Shown one piece after another: positions 36,927 to 47,087 of a stretch of DNA of 64,000 bases (positions are counted from its first letter, which is position 1; the number at the start of each line of letters is the position of its first letter). Origin of the DNA: a virus (Duplodnaviria > Caudoviricetes). Location of the stretch: IMG/VR virus record IMGVR_UViG_3300025838_000032, positions 19,777 through 83,776 of that record; one strand, given 5' to 3'. The notes under the pieces were generated by a model. It saw nothing but the letters and a program-made list of their open reading frames with translations. It did no database searches and had not been told where the DNA came from. Made by a program: the position numbers and the translations under genes.

Positions 36927-37916
36927 ATGACCGTACGTTCATATTTAATCCAGCTGCAGCCAGGAGTTGGTCAAGCCATTCTCCCTGACCACCGTAAGAT
37001 GGTACAAGGTGTGCAGTATGTAGTCGATGCCGACACATTCTCCAAGATTAGCCTCGGTGCTCGCCAGAATGTTGTTAGCGTTGTATCAGTCTACACTGAC
37101 AACACTACTTCCAGTGGTGGCTACGTCCCCGCTCAGGTCTCTACGGGTGTAAACCGTCAGATCGGTGCGAGTGGCCAGAGCTTCCTCAACATCCTCTCGC
37201 AGACGAGTTCTACTCTGACAGCGTTCAGCATTGCTGGCTTCGCTGCTCAGGGTGCCTCTCCCGGTGGTTCTCAGGGCGCTGGCGCCGGTATCGGCACCGC
37301 TCAGTCTACGCTTAGCGGTTCTGCGAGTAACTACTCGCTAACCGGACCAGATGGTGCCCGTTATACCCTCGTATATAACGGAACATCTTCTACCATTTCT
37401 GGCGGTTGGTCTACAGTATGGCAAGACTTTAATAACCGGTACGTATCGACCGCCTCTGGTATCACATTCCAGGTACGTCAGGATGGTCTCGGCACATCTT
37501 ACCTAATCAGCGCGAACACCACGCTGACTGGTACTGCCGGAGCCGTAACGACAGTCGGTACAAAGCAGGGTGAGTTCGCCGGTATCACATTGGTTAACAT
37601 CCCTGCCGGTAACTTCGGGTTCGTACAGATTGAGGGTATCCACCCTAACGCAGCAGTATACAGCGGAACCGCCGTTGGTGCCGTGGTCGCGGTCAGTGGT
37701 ACAAGCTCTACTGGTGTGCTTGCTCCTCCTGCTACGACTGTAACGTCTGTCAGCACCGCTGGTGTCGTGACCGGATCGGCCCTTGCGAATAACGTTGTTG
37801 GTACAGTTCTGACGACTCCCGCCAGTGGTACTGGTACTGGTCAGTACTTTGCCCAGGTTGAGCTTCGTAGCCGTCGTGTCAAGAAACCGTACAACCGTTT
37901 TCTGAATAAGAACTAG
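36927..37916 (+). CDS. S/T/G-rich tail-associated protein
   Basis: 329 aa, high-expression codons, between tube and chaperone genes. Confidence 0.65.
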   Translation: MTVRSYLIQLQPGVGQAILPDHRKMVQGVQYVVDADTFSKISLGARQNVVSVVSVYTDNTTSSGGYVPAQVSTGVNRQIGASGQSFLNILSQTSSTLTAFSIAGFAAQGASPGGSQGAGAGIGTAQSTLSGSASNYSLTGPDGARYTLVYNGTSSTISGGWSTVWQDFNNRYVSTASGITFQVRQDGLGTSYLISANTTLTGTAGAVTTVGTKQGEFAGITLVNIPAGNFGFVQIEGIHPNAAVYSGTAVGAVVAVSGTSSTGVLAPPATTVTSVSTAGVVTGSALANNVVGTVLTTPASGTGTGQYFAQVELRSRRVKKPYNRFLNKN

Positions 37917-37972
37917 AAAATTGCATAATTTACTGGTAGGCTACAAGGTAAGCCCTAGACCCAGAGGATAAT

Positions 37973-38494
37973 ATGACAATTGCAGACAATAGAGGTTGGG
38001 AGACAGAAGACCCCTCCCAACCAATGAATGAAGTTATATCTTTCCCCGATGAGTGGAAGGAAGAGTTTGAAGGTCTCTTATTCCTCGGCTATTTACAGCA
38101 TGAGGTAAAGAGAATACCTTTCCACAGTTTTGTAATTAAGACTCTCAATATCAATGAGAAGTTAGAGGTAAGTCTTATCGCCAAGCCCTACCTGGAGAGT
38201 GTTGGTTATAATCGTGCTTGGAAGGCGGCGGTCGTTGCTGCTGCCCTAGTCAGCATTGATGGACGACCTCTCATACCTAGTAATAAAACAACAAATGTTG
38301 TTAAGCAAAAGTATGATTACGTAGTCAATAATTGGTATGACACAACAATTGATCTTCTTTACGAAGAGCTCGATATGTTGGAGAATAAAGTCATTATGGT
38401 TCTTCAAGAGCTTAATATCATTGAGCCGATCATGCCAGTAAATATTTTTGATGATGACAACAAGGAAACGGATAACCCAAAAGATGGCAACTAG
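37973..38494 (+). CDS. Tail assembly chaperone
   Basis: Located before the tape measure gene, with a slippery site near its 3' end. Confidence 0.75.
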   Translation: MTIADNRGWETEDPSQPMNEVISFPDEWKEEFEGLLFLGYLQHEVKRIPFHSFVIKTLNINEKLEVSLIAKPYLESVGYNRAWKAAVVAAALVSIDGRPLIPSNKTTNVVKQKYDYVVNNWYDTTIDLLYEELDMLENKVIMVLQELNIIEPIMPVNIFDDDNKETDNPKDGN

Positions 38495-38901
38495 ACCCGT
38501 ACGTTGTTGAAAAAAGTGAGATAGCGTACTTAACCGGTGTCTTCAATAAGTCTGATCTTAATTTTCTTCAGGAAAAGCTATTAATAGCTGTCACATTGCG
38601 TAAGCGTAAGCAAGAAGCCGAGTTAGAAGAAGCGCATTTTGAACAGAACATGTTCTTGATTAACCCAGAGATGTATCGACAGTACATGAAGAACAAAGAA
38701 GATAACTCTGAGAACGAAGGCATTGCCTGGGGCGCTCCTGAAAGTATTGAAGAGCAACAGGAACTCCAACGTATCTTTGAAGAAATCAATCAGCAGCTTG
38801 ATAGTGATGAAGATAAAAAAGCCAATGAAGAGTTTGTTAATCAACTGGGCATAATGAATATATTCAACGGCATTGATATAGATAAAATTGGGGGTGACTA
38901 A
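38476..38901 (+). CDS. Tail assembly chaperone -1 frameshift extension
   Basis: C CCA AAA heptamer at 38476-38482; the -1 frame is open from 38476 to 38901 (PKRWQLDPYVVEKSEIAYL...) with no ATG near its start. Confidence 0.7.
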   Translation, partial: PKRWQLDPYVVEKSEIAYLTGVFNKSDLNFLQEKLLIAVTLRKRKQEAELEEAHFEQNMFLINPEMYRQYMKNKEDNSENEGIAWGAPESIEEQQELQRIFEEINQQLDSDEDKKANEEFVNQLGIMNIFNGIDIDKIGGD

Positions 38902-41357
38902 TGGCACAAAATGATGGTGTTGAACTAAATTTTGATATGAATGCCAACACCGGGCCCATGCTCGAAGGCATGCAAAGAGTCGCCGCAGTAACAAAACAGA
39001 TCCGTGCAGATATTGAGGCCATGAGCGATGGATTGGATGGTACTATTGATAGAGCAAATAAACTCAGAACCTCTTTTGAAGGTAGCTTAAATCTTGTCGA
39101 TCAGATAAAAGCTGGAATGGATGTTGTAGGAACATTCGCGCAGACTTTTCAAACTGCTCAAAATAACAATACCAATGCCTTATTGGAAATGATGAGAAGC
39201 ACCCGCGCCCTTGGCGGGAATATGAACCAGTTTATGAATATCGCATCGTCTGCTGGGTTTGGTAGGGGGACCCCAGGCTACGGCGGTGTATACACGGGCG
39301 GTATAACTCAGAGCCAAGATTTCAGTAGTTATGCACAAGACCAAGAATCAAACATATCTTCTTCTCCATACGATAGGATTATCAAACGCCGAGCTAAACC
39401 AGCGTCTGGCGGCGGTGCAGGCGGAGGAATCCCGCCAATCTTCACCAGTGGCGGAGAAGTACCCTACGAAGAAGTACCTTACAATGGTCAAGGCCCGAAT
39501 ACAGATGCGATAAATGGCATCTATGGCACCAGGGGGATCAATCTTGGCGGTAACCGACAAGTTCCTATAAAGCCAGCTCAATTGATGATCCAAGATCAAT
39601 TAAAGCAGTACTACCCTAATTTATATGATGACATAGTGGGTAATGGCAAAGAAGGAACCGCTGCTGAGTTCGCGTATAGAAATATGATGTACCAGGCGGG
39701 AAGCCTGATCGGGAGAATCCCTGGCGGCGGAAGAATAATGGGACGCCTTCAGGAGGGTCTCAATAATTATGGCATAAATCTCGATGCTATTAAAGCTTCG
39801 CAAAGAAGCAACACAATCCCCACTGGTAATGTTGATGAGTATGGGAACCCAACATATACCAGGCCGTTCGGCATACCGAATGCTGGTGCAAGCGGTGGCA
39901 TTGCAGACGCTGGTGCAGAAGCAGTGACGCTAAGAATAGCCAACCAAGTATCAAAGATATTTGATTCTAGTGTTGCACAGAATTTTGCGAAATACGCTGG
40001 GTTCGCCGGAGCTGCTGGATCTGTTTACGGGACGCTTTCAGACGTAGCGGGACAAGCCAGACAACTTACGGGATTCGCTCAAGCCCAAGGTAATGCTCTG
40101 GGTATGGTTAATTATGGGCAAAGCGCCGGTCTGTTCGGGCAGGCTTTCCTCAATTCATGGGGTGGTCTGAACCCATTCTTTAGCACGCAACAATCCATGC
40201 AAGCACAGATGAATGGTGCCGCCCTCGGTCTACGTGGAGCAAACTTATCAAATTATGCTAACCAAGCGATGACCGCTCAGACTAAATTTGGAATGGGCGG
40301 ACAGCAGTTCCAGAGTATTATGGGAGCTGGTCTTGGTGTCGGAGTCAACGTTAACCAAAACATGCAGGGCCTCGGTCAAATCCGTCAGTTAGAGGCGAAT
40401 ACACAAACCAGCACCGCTTATGGGAACCAGGCGTATGTTGCGGGGATGCAGTCTAATGCTGGGATGGGTGTTAGCCCAACAGTAGCAGTACAAATGGGTA
40501 TACAGGCCGCTAAATTCGGATCCGGCAATCTTATCGCCCAGTCCTATGGTATGACTGGCCAGGAGGGCCAGGGCACGACGCTTAACAATGCCCTTATGGC
40601 CCAGCAGTTGGGCACATCGTATACTGGTTTGTACGCAGCTGAGCAAAAAGTCGGTGCTGCTGGTCAGGCTAAAGCCCAGAACTCTACCGACGAAGAGATC
40701 CTCTCGTGGTCAGGTATTGACATTACTGCTACGTACAAAGATGAAAATGACTTCAAGGCTAAAAACGGCGACAAAATAATGACTCTTCAGGCGATGCTTC
40801 AATCTGGACAAGTTGGTCAAAAACTTGCTAATGTCGCAAGCACCCCGCAGTCTACAGAAACATGGGCGTGGAGTGTCGTCAGGCAGCATCAGAAACTGAA
40901 TCAAAAGACTAAGAACAGCCCACCAGGATCGGGTTTGGCAAGAATATTTGGGGACGTATCTCACGCTGTTGAACATGCTGTTGGCGGTACATTGAAGACT
41001 GCTGGGAATGCGTTAGAGGCAGCGCAGCATGTAGCAACGGACGTGGGGCTATCTCCAGAATGGCTAGTATCACAATCAGGTTATTCCCATGACACGAACT
41101 CAATAAATAGAAACTTTGACTCTAGCGTAACTGCAACGGGCGATCTTATTAAAGGAGCAGCATCAAGCGCTATTAAAATAGCAGGATCAAGCGCTTTGGA
41201 CCTTTCACAACCGAAAAACATAGCGCATTCAGTAGAAGTAACTTTTAAAGGAGCTGCCGAAAGGCTCTTTAATTCGACAATAAAGCAAGCGACCGCTGGC
41301 AACAACAACGGGTCTCTTCCGCCGAATAAGCAACCAACTCAAAGCCTACCATTTTAA
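38901..41357 (+). CDS. Tape measure protein
   Basis: 818 aa, A/G/Q/M-rich helical, follows the chaperone pair. Confidence 0.8.
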   Translation: MAQNDGVELNFDMNANTGPMLEGMQRVAAVTKQIRADIEAMSDGLDGTIDRANKLRTSFEGSLNLVDQIKAGMDVVGTFAQTFQTAQNNNTNALLEMMRSTRALGGNMNQFMNIASSAGFGRGTPGYGGVYTGGITQSQDFSSYAQDQESNISSSPYDRIIKRRAKPASGGGAGGGIPPIFTSGGEVPYEEVPYNGQGPNTDAINGIYGTRGINLGGNRQVPIKPAQLMIQDQLKQYYPNLYDDIVGNGKEGTAAEFAYRNMMYQAGSLIGRIPGGGRIMGRLQEGLNNYGINLDAIKASQRSNTIPTGNVDEYGNPTYTRPFGIPNAGASGGIADAGAEAVTLRIANQVSKIFDSSVAQNFAKYAGFAGAAGSVYGTLSDVAGQARQLTGFAQAQGNALGMVNYGQSAGLFGQAFLNSWGGLNPFFSTQQSMQAQMNGAALGLRGANLSNYANQAMTAQTKFGMGGQQFQSIMGAGLGVGVNVNQNMQGLGQIRQLEANTQTSTAYGNQAYVAGMQSNAGMGVSPTVAVQMGIQAAKFGSGNLIAQSYGMTGQEGQGTTLNNALMAQQLGTSYTGLYAAEQKVGAAGQAKAQNSTDEEILSWSGIDITATYKDENDFKAKNGDKIMTLQAMLQSGQVGQKLANVASTPQSTETWAWSVVRQHQKLNQKTKNSPPGSGLARIFGDVSHAVEHAVGGTLKTAGNALEAAQHVATDVGLSPEWLVSQSGYSHDTNSINRNFDSSVTATGDLIKGAASSAIKIAGSSALDLSQPKNIAHSVEVTFKGAAERLFNSTIKQATAGNNNGSLPPNKQPTQSLPF

Positions 41358-41360
41358 TAT

Positions 41361-41972
41361 ATGGCAACCCCAACTAATTCACCGTTTATTGATAGTAAAG
41401 AAGTCGCCTTCTTTCAAGACAAAGTTACTAATAAAGTATATAATTTCCCATTTAATATAAATACTTTGAATTGGAACTACCAACTAAACACTCAAAGCTA
41501 TAGCACAATCGGCGGTCGTGTAACACAGATCTTATCTGTACAAATAACAACCATGGTTATTCAGGGAGATGCGGGAAGTCGTAAGAATATTCTTGAAATG
41601 TATAGTAATTATAGAGCCATACAAGACAGCCAAACTCAATATAAAATCCCCGCCAACTTTTCAGTGCCAAGCCGAGGTCTGTCTTTCGACGTGTGGTTGG
41701 AGAACTTCCAAATAGGGTACGGAGTGACTACGGTCGCATATCCATACACCATCGCTATGGAAGTCCATCAAGATATTAGTAATATAGCTGCGAATGCGAC
41801 CATTACTGATGCATTAGCTAGAGTGGTAAATAATAACGGCGGAGAAATAGGCTTCAGTGCCGCGTGGACCGGGCTCTCAAGCAACGAAATAAATATTCAG
41901 TTCCAAGACGTTGTGAACGCTTTGACGGGTGGGATCTTAAGTTCTAATTCTACATCAACGCTAGGAGGTTAA
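41361..41972 (+). CDS. Baseplate / tube-initiator-like protein
   Basis: YNFPFNINTLNWNYQL..TIGGRVTQILS pattern after the tape measure gene. Confidence 0.55.
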   Translation: MATPTNSPFIDSKEVAFFQDKVTNKVYNFPFNINTLNWNYQLNTQSYSTIGGRVTQILSVQITTMVIQGDAGSRKNILEMYSNYRAIQDSQTQYKIPANFSVPSRGLSFDVWLENFQIGYGVTTVAYPYTIAMEVHQDISNIAANATITDALARVVNNNGGEIGFSAAWTGLSSNEINIQFQDVVNALTGGILSSNSTSTLGG

Positions 41973-41973
41973 A

Positions 41974-42156
41974 ATGAGTGACAACAATAACAACAATAGC
42001 TACGCTAATTGTAGGATCTCTAAACCAATCCTATACCCAGACCAGCAGGCGATCAGTTTCAACGGGTTTGCCTGGAGCAACACCATGGGTATGATCCATG
42101 AAGTTGTTCCCATTAACAATGAAAGTTGGAAGCAATGGCTGGGAACGCCGCAATAA
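41974..42156 (+). CDS. Small hypothetical protein
   Basis: AGGAGG RBS, 60 aa. Confidence 0.5.
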   Translation: MSDNNNNNSYANCRISKPILYPDQQAISFNGFAWSNTMGMIHEVVPINNESWKQWLGTPQ

Positions 42157-42794
42157 CCCTCCTGTATAACGGCAAATCTACTGTCTTTGAAGTATGGTTG
42201 ACGATGATAAACACCAGCTCGAACACAGAGTTCTACGCTCAGCAAATACGTGACGGTATGAGCTGGATTCCGATCCGTCGCGCCGAGAGATTCTTCAACT
42301 TCCAGGCGGTATGGCCGTTAATCAGTACACAAAGTACTAGTAAAAAACCAGATTTGGGGTTCGAAGATATAGACCCTTCAGACGGTTTTGCTAAAATGAA
42401 TAAGTTCCAAGACGCCATTAGATCACACCAAATATCAATAGTAAATGGTTCTACAACAAGACCAATGTATGTAGACTATTACAATAACTCTGACCCGACA
42501 CTCCCGATTTATAACACGATGATTAGTCAAAAACCGTTGCCACCGCTTAAATTTACTGGCTGGATAAAGGTCGTGGAAAAACAATACGTACGTTTTCAGA
42601 ACTTATTCGTGACGAATTATACTATGAATATTCTAACGCCAAATATAGCTGGAACGCCGCCAACTGCAATGGATCAATCTGCTAACATAACATATGCACC
42701 GACTGCAGCAGAACAAGCAAGATACGGTGACAGTTGGATCAATACTAGATTAGCCGCAGCTAGGGCCAATAATCTGCAAGGATTACCTAACTAA
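42135..42794 (+). CDS. Baseplate-region protein
   Basis: ATG 42135 (MAGNAAITL); beta-rich; paralogue-like position to 41361. Confidence 0.55.
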   Translation: MAGNAAITLLYNGKSTVFEVWLTMINTSSNTEFYAQQIRDGMSWIPIRRAERFFNFQAVWPLISTQSTSKKPDLGFEDIDPSDGFAKMNKFQDAIRSHQISIVNGSTTRPMYVDYYNNSDPTLPIYNTMISQKPLPPLKFTGWIKVVEKQYVRFQNLFVTNYTMNILTPNIAGTPPTAMDQSANITYAPTAAEQARYGDSWINTRLAAARANNLQGLPN

Positions 42795-45691
42795 TGAGTT
42801 TTAATAATTCAGGAACATTCGTCTATACTCCAGATATTAATGTTGCAATCTATACGATTGACAACAAAGTTCTTGACGTATCTGCTGATATTATAGACTT
42901 CTCAATGGATCGTGAAATAAATGCTGTCAGTACGTTCTCATGCACGCTGGACAACCCAAGTAGGAAATACAATCGTAGAATAAACACGATGGATAGAATA
43001 ACCGTTTTCTTAAAGAGAACGAATTTTGTCCAGTGCTTTACCGGCCTTGTTACGTATGCTCCGGTTGAGACACTCGTTCCTACACCAGTCACCATCCAAG
43101 CAACGTGTACCCTGAGAATTCTTCAAGTTACTTATTGGGATGATACGCTCATTGCGTATCAGCAGCTGTTGCTTAACTCCATGGATACAGCCGCCTGGAG
43201 CTCGAACGGAACTCTTTACGATGGTGGTGTCGCTCAAGCTCTTGTAAACGTCCTTTATAAAGTATGTGGATGGAACCCGAATAGCATTCACATCCAAGGA
43301 ATACCAACAAACTTTATTAACTTCGCCGCTCAGGCGTATACTAACCTAGTCTCATCTAATGAGATAGATCAAAACGTTGTTAAAGAACTGAGTCAGGCGC
43401 TGAGCATCAATAGCATTACGAGTGGGAAGAGTGTGCAGGCCGGTGGTTACGCCTACGGATCCACGGAGACTTTGGGCAATAATTATGCACCACATGGTGG
43501 AGCGGGAGTAACGGTAACCGCTTCAAAGGCTAAAGCATTTATGACTAAAGCGATAGCGGGCGGGCAAGACAACTCTCCCGGTAAGAACCCGCTGAACCCA
43601 GTATCAGATATCAATGTTATAAATGAAGACATATATTGGTGTTCGGCCCCGTGGTCATATTTGCAGTACCAGATTCAACCATATATGAGTTCTTCTAAGA
43701 TCAAAGAATATGAATCTATTATAAACGACTCTAAATCATGGTTATCAGGGGTCAATATAGATAATAAGAATAATAGTCATGATGGTAGACTGTTGTTTCT
43801 TGCTAACCTCAAATGGAACCGAGCGGTTGCTGTAAGAGCCACCAGCATCCCACAGAAACCCAATGTCACACAAAATGGGTACGCAGTATACGACGATAAA
43901 GAAACAGCTTTCCAATGCGACCCCGGAGTCATCGCTTACCTAAATGGTAAGACTGGTGACCCAGGTAGCTGGAAGGCCACGGATGATCCGGGTACGTCTG
44001 ACATAACATTTCAATGGGCAGACACTTCTAAAATACAAAAAGCCGGTAAGCTGCCGGATCTTAGTACTACAGCAGCTAACGCTTACCTAGGAGCTGGTCT
44101 CGCCAACCAATCAGATCCACTTGTTGTTACTCAAGCTCTGAATAAACTGGTATACAATCTTATTGGCCAGTTAGGAGATGCATATTCAGAGCTCCCAGGA
44201 ACAAGAAAAAATCCTGGAGCGTATGGCTCCGGGAAAGGCTCTTTCGACTGTTCAGGGTTTGCTCAATGGGCGTATTCAACAATCCAAATCCCCATCGGGT
44301 CTAGTACATGGTCTCAATACGGACCAATTGCCACTCCTGGGGCGAGCATCTCAGGGACTTACGAACAGGGTGCTAAACCAAAGGAATACGGTCAATGGAT
44401 ACCAAACACACAACAGCCACAGGCCGGTGACCTTATCTTCTGGGAAGTACCAAAAGACTGGCATGGCAAAGCCGGGGATATGAATGAGAATGCCCCGCAA
44501 CATGTTTCTATAATGGTTGCTAATTTTGGTGACCCTCCCCCAAGCGGTACACCGGTCTCTGGCCGAGCCCCGGATACAAATGTTGGTTATACCATCGAAG
44601 CTTCTGGCCCAGGACTTGGACCAAATATACAACCTATTTATTGGGACCAGGTTAGTAATGGAAAGTGGCAAGACTGGGGCAACGGTTGGCAAGGTAGAAT
44701 AATTGGTTCACGTAGACCAATAACCCTGCACCCAGCATGGGGTGCCGCAGCCATGCAAAGTTTTACTTCCGTAAGCACATCGCAGGATAACATGGTAGCC
44801 AATGGCACTAGCACAGGGACAAACCCATCTACTACGAATGGATTAGCTTCGCAAACGTTAGACCCAAATAACCTGCAACAAAGAAACATCACATCATTGA
44901 CAAAAGCTTTTAATAACCTTTATCAAATGCCTCAATTTGATGTTAGAGCGAGCGCCATAGTTGGAACCCCAAGAGCATTTATACTTGATAACCCCGTTAT
45001 GCAAGATATCACGCAAATACTTGGAGCCGGTCTTAGACAGTACCAAAGTGCCCCGAACGGTGACTTCGTAGCCTGGTTCCCAGACTATTACGGCGTGTAT
45101 GGTACAGACCCCGTACTAGATATTAGTCCAGTAGAGATCATAGATTTCCAGATATATCACGATGACAGCCAACTGGCTACACACGTAGGAATAATTGGTG
45201 ATACCAACGGTATTGGTCAGCAAGTTAGTATGGCTGACTATATAACAACAAATGGTATTGTTAGTATCCAAGATGCATCAACAATGAGATTACTATTTGG
45301 TAAGTATTCAAAGAGTATGAAAGCAGATACTCAGAATACCAAGGCGTCTTTAGACTTCCTCAATAGATATGGTATGAGACCATACGTGCAAGAACAGAAT
45401 ATGATCCACAGTCACTCAATGGAATATATGTATGCTTTATATATATTTATGCAACAGTGGACAAACCAGTATGTTAGTACAATCCAATTGACGTTTCTCC
45501 CAGAACTCTATCCGGGTATGAGAGTAAATATGACTGTTGATAATGAGAGCGGAGGGACTGATAAATACCAGTTCTACTGCACCGCTGTTCAGCACCAGGG
45601 GAGTAGAAGCGGTGGCTTTACTACACAGGCTACTCTGACAGCGCCAATCATAAATGGTCACATAATGGACTACGGGCTGGGTATATCATAA
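42794..45691 (+). CDS. Baseplate hub / tail lysin with NlpC/P60 domain
   Basis: Hub-type N- and C-termini (DRITVFLKR; PELYPGMRV); internal FDCSGFAQWAY, GDLIFW, HVSIM. Confidence 0.8.
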   Translation: MSFNNSGTFVYTPDINVAIYTIDNKVLDVSADIIDFSMDREINAVSTFSCTLDNPSRKYNRRINTMDRITVFLKRTNFVQCFTGLVTYAPVETLVPTPVTIQATCTLRILQVTYWDDTLIAYQQLLLNSMDTAAWSSNGTLYDGGVAQALVNVLYKVCGWNPNSIHIQGIPTNFINFAAQAYTNLVSSNEIDQNVVKELSQALSINSITSGKSVQAGGYAYGSTETLGNNYAPHGGAGVTVTASKAKAFMTKAIAGGQDNSPGKNPLNPVSDINVINEDIYWCSAPWSYLQYQIQPYMSSSKIKEYESIINDSKSWLSGVNIDNKNNSHDGRLLFLANLKWNRAVAVRATSIPQKPNVTQNGYAVYDDKETAFQCDPGVIAYLNGKTGDPGSWKATDDPGTSDITFQWADTSKIQKAGKLPDLSTTAANAYLGAGLANQSDPLVVTQALNKLVYNLIGQLGDAYSELPGTRKNPGAYGSGKGSFDCSGFAQWAYSTIQIPIGSSTWSQYGPIATPGASISGTYEQGAKPKEYGQWIPNTQQPQAGDLIFWEVPKDWHGKAGDMNENAPQHVSIMVANFGDPPPSGTPVSGRAPDTNVGYTIEASGPGLGPNIQPIYWDQVSNGKWQDWGNGWQGRIIGSRRPITLHPAWGAAAMQSFTSVSTSQDNMVANGTSTGTNPSTTNGLASQTLDPNNLQQRNITSLTKAFNNLYQMPQFDVRASAIVGTPRAFILDNPVMQDITQILGAGLRQYQSAPNGDFVAWFPDYYGVYGTDPVLDISPVEIIDFQIYHDDSQLATHVGIIGDTNGIGQQVSMADYITTNGIVSIQDASTMRLLFGKYSKSMKADTQNTKASLDFLNRYGMRPYVQEQNMIHSHSMEYMYALYIFMQQWTNQYVSTIQLTFLPELYPGMRVNMTVDNESGGTDKYQFYCTAVQHQGSRSGGFTTQATLTAPIINGHIMDYGLGIS

Positions 45692-45692
45692 T

Positions 45693-46595
45693 ATGGTTTC
45701 TAACGGCGGCACACACAGCACGAATGCCGGGGTAAGGCGAGTTGTTTTAACTACTGGGCCTCAGCTACATCCCTTCAGCACGTCTTCTCCTGACGCTGCA
45801 CAGAATTACTATTGTCTAGCTTTAGATACAAAGGGTTTCCAGATACAGGTCGATCTTCAGGCTATACCACCAGGGGTAACAATAGATCAGATCCAGCAGA
45901 ACCAAGTTTGGTGGGTAGAAAAGCGGACTAGTTTATACCGTCTTTACCTATATGCCGGGACTTATGACCCAACTACTAGACAGATAAATAGTACTGACTA
46001 TATCCCGACATCTATTAATAATGTGGTCGTTAGTGGCACACCAACTAATTATGAGGTTTTGACGGCGACTAGCTCGAGTGGAGCTACGTGGGAACCAATC
46101 AGCAATGTTATTAATGGAGCGTATCTGACCACATCTGGTGGAACGATTAAAGGTAAATTAACAGTAGCAAGCGGCCTAACCGTAAGTGGGAACATATCTT
46201 TGAGCGCGAGTACGGGCACCACCGGTCAAGTAATGTCGGCAGGAACACCACCGACGTGGTCATCTAGTATCCCACTGATTGGGAAAGGATCCGCACTAGC
46301 TGGATCAGCACCGTCTATACCAGGACCGTTCTCTATAATAGCCGGTTATAATCCCGTTTCTTTTTCAGCAGGTTACGGGATATTAGCCATAGATGGAGGA
46401 GGATTCCCGAACGGCTTGTTGTCTTTTACGGCGAATGCCATGGGAGGATCTTCGGTTAGGAACTGGTCTTTGACTATAGATAATCTAACAGCTGCACCAT
46501 CTAAGGCAGCAATAGACTTGTATTTAGCTACTTCTAACACCGGAACCGGGGTAACCGGTACGGTTAACATCTCATACATCGCTATAGGATGGTAG
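45693..46595 (+). CDS. Baseplate spike / minor tail protein
   Basis: N-terminal OB-like region (QVWWVEKR) followed by a beta-rich tail. Confidence 0.55.
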   Translation: MVSNGGTHSTNAGVRRVVLTTGPQLHPFSTSSPDAAQNYYCLALDTKGFQIQVDLQAIPPGVTIDQIQQNQVWWVEKRTSLYRLYLYAGTYDPTTRQINSTDYIPTSINNVVVSGTPTNYEVLTATSSSGATWEPISNVINGAYLTTSGGTIKGKLTVASGLTVSGNISLSASTGTTGQVMSAGTPPTWSSSIPLIGKGSALAGSAPSIPGPFSIIAGYNPVSFSAGYGILAIDGGGFPNGLLSFTANAMGGSSVRNWSLTIDNLTAAPSKAAIDLYLATSNTGTGVTGTVNISYIAIGW

Positions 46596-46637
46596 GTCTC
46601 CTTAATGTACTACAACCCATATTTCACCTAAGATATT

Positions 46638-47087
46638 ATGAAGACGATTACAGTTAGCAACGGAGATATACAACTCAGCGGTGGCAAAATACAGTTTGTC
46701 GTAGCCAGTGATAAGCTCGTTCAGGATATAAGAAGCTGGTTGGTAGAGCCCCTCGGGACGGGTTTCACCACCCCCAATTTTGGCAGCTTGCTCCCAGGCA
46801 TGATTGGTAACCCGCAGACGGGATCCACGGTCAGTTCTGTAACGAACGAAATCAATAGAGTTCTACAGCTTTATCAGGGCCAACAGATAATCAATCTACA
46901 ATCAGCTCAAAATTCAGCTACGTTATCTAACTGGAATAGAGATGAAATTATACAAAATATAGTTTCCGTTGATGTTTCCATACAAAATACAACGATTTTG
47001 GCCCAAGTTACCTTATTGACATTGGCTAATAACACTATTAATCTTAATATAACTATCGACAACAACGGAGTTAACGTAAATGGCTGA
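46638..47087 (+). CDS. gp25-like baseplate wedge protein
   Basis: KLVQDIRSWLVEPLGT..PNFGSLL motif. Confidence 0.75.
   Translation: MKTITVSNGDIQLSGGKIQFVVASDKLVQDIRSWLVEPLGTGFTTPNFGSLLPGMIGNPQTGSTVSSVTNEINRVLQLYQGQQIINLQSAQNSATLSNWNRDEIIQNIVSVDVSIQNTTILAQVTLLTLANNTINLNITIDNNGVNVNG

Noticed and set aside
41974-42794. Possible frameshift joining 41974-42156 to 42135-42794
   Set aside because: Each ORF has its own plausible RBS and ATG, and I saw no convincing slippery heptamer in the overlap.
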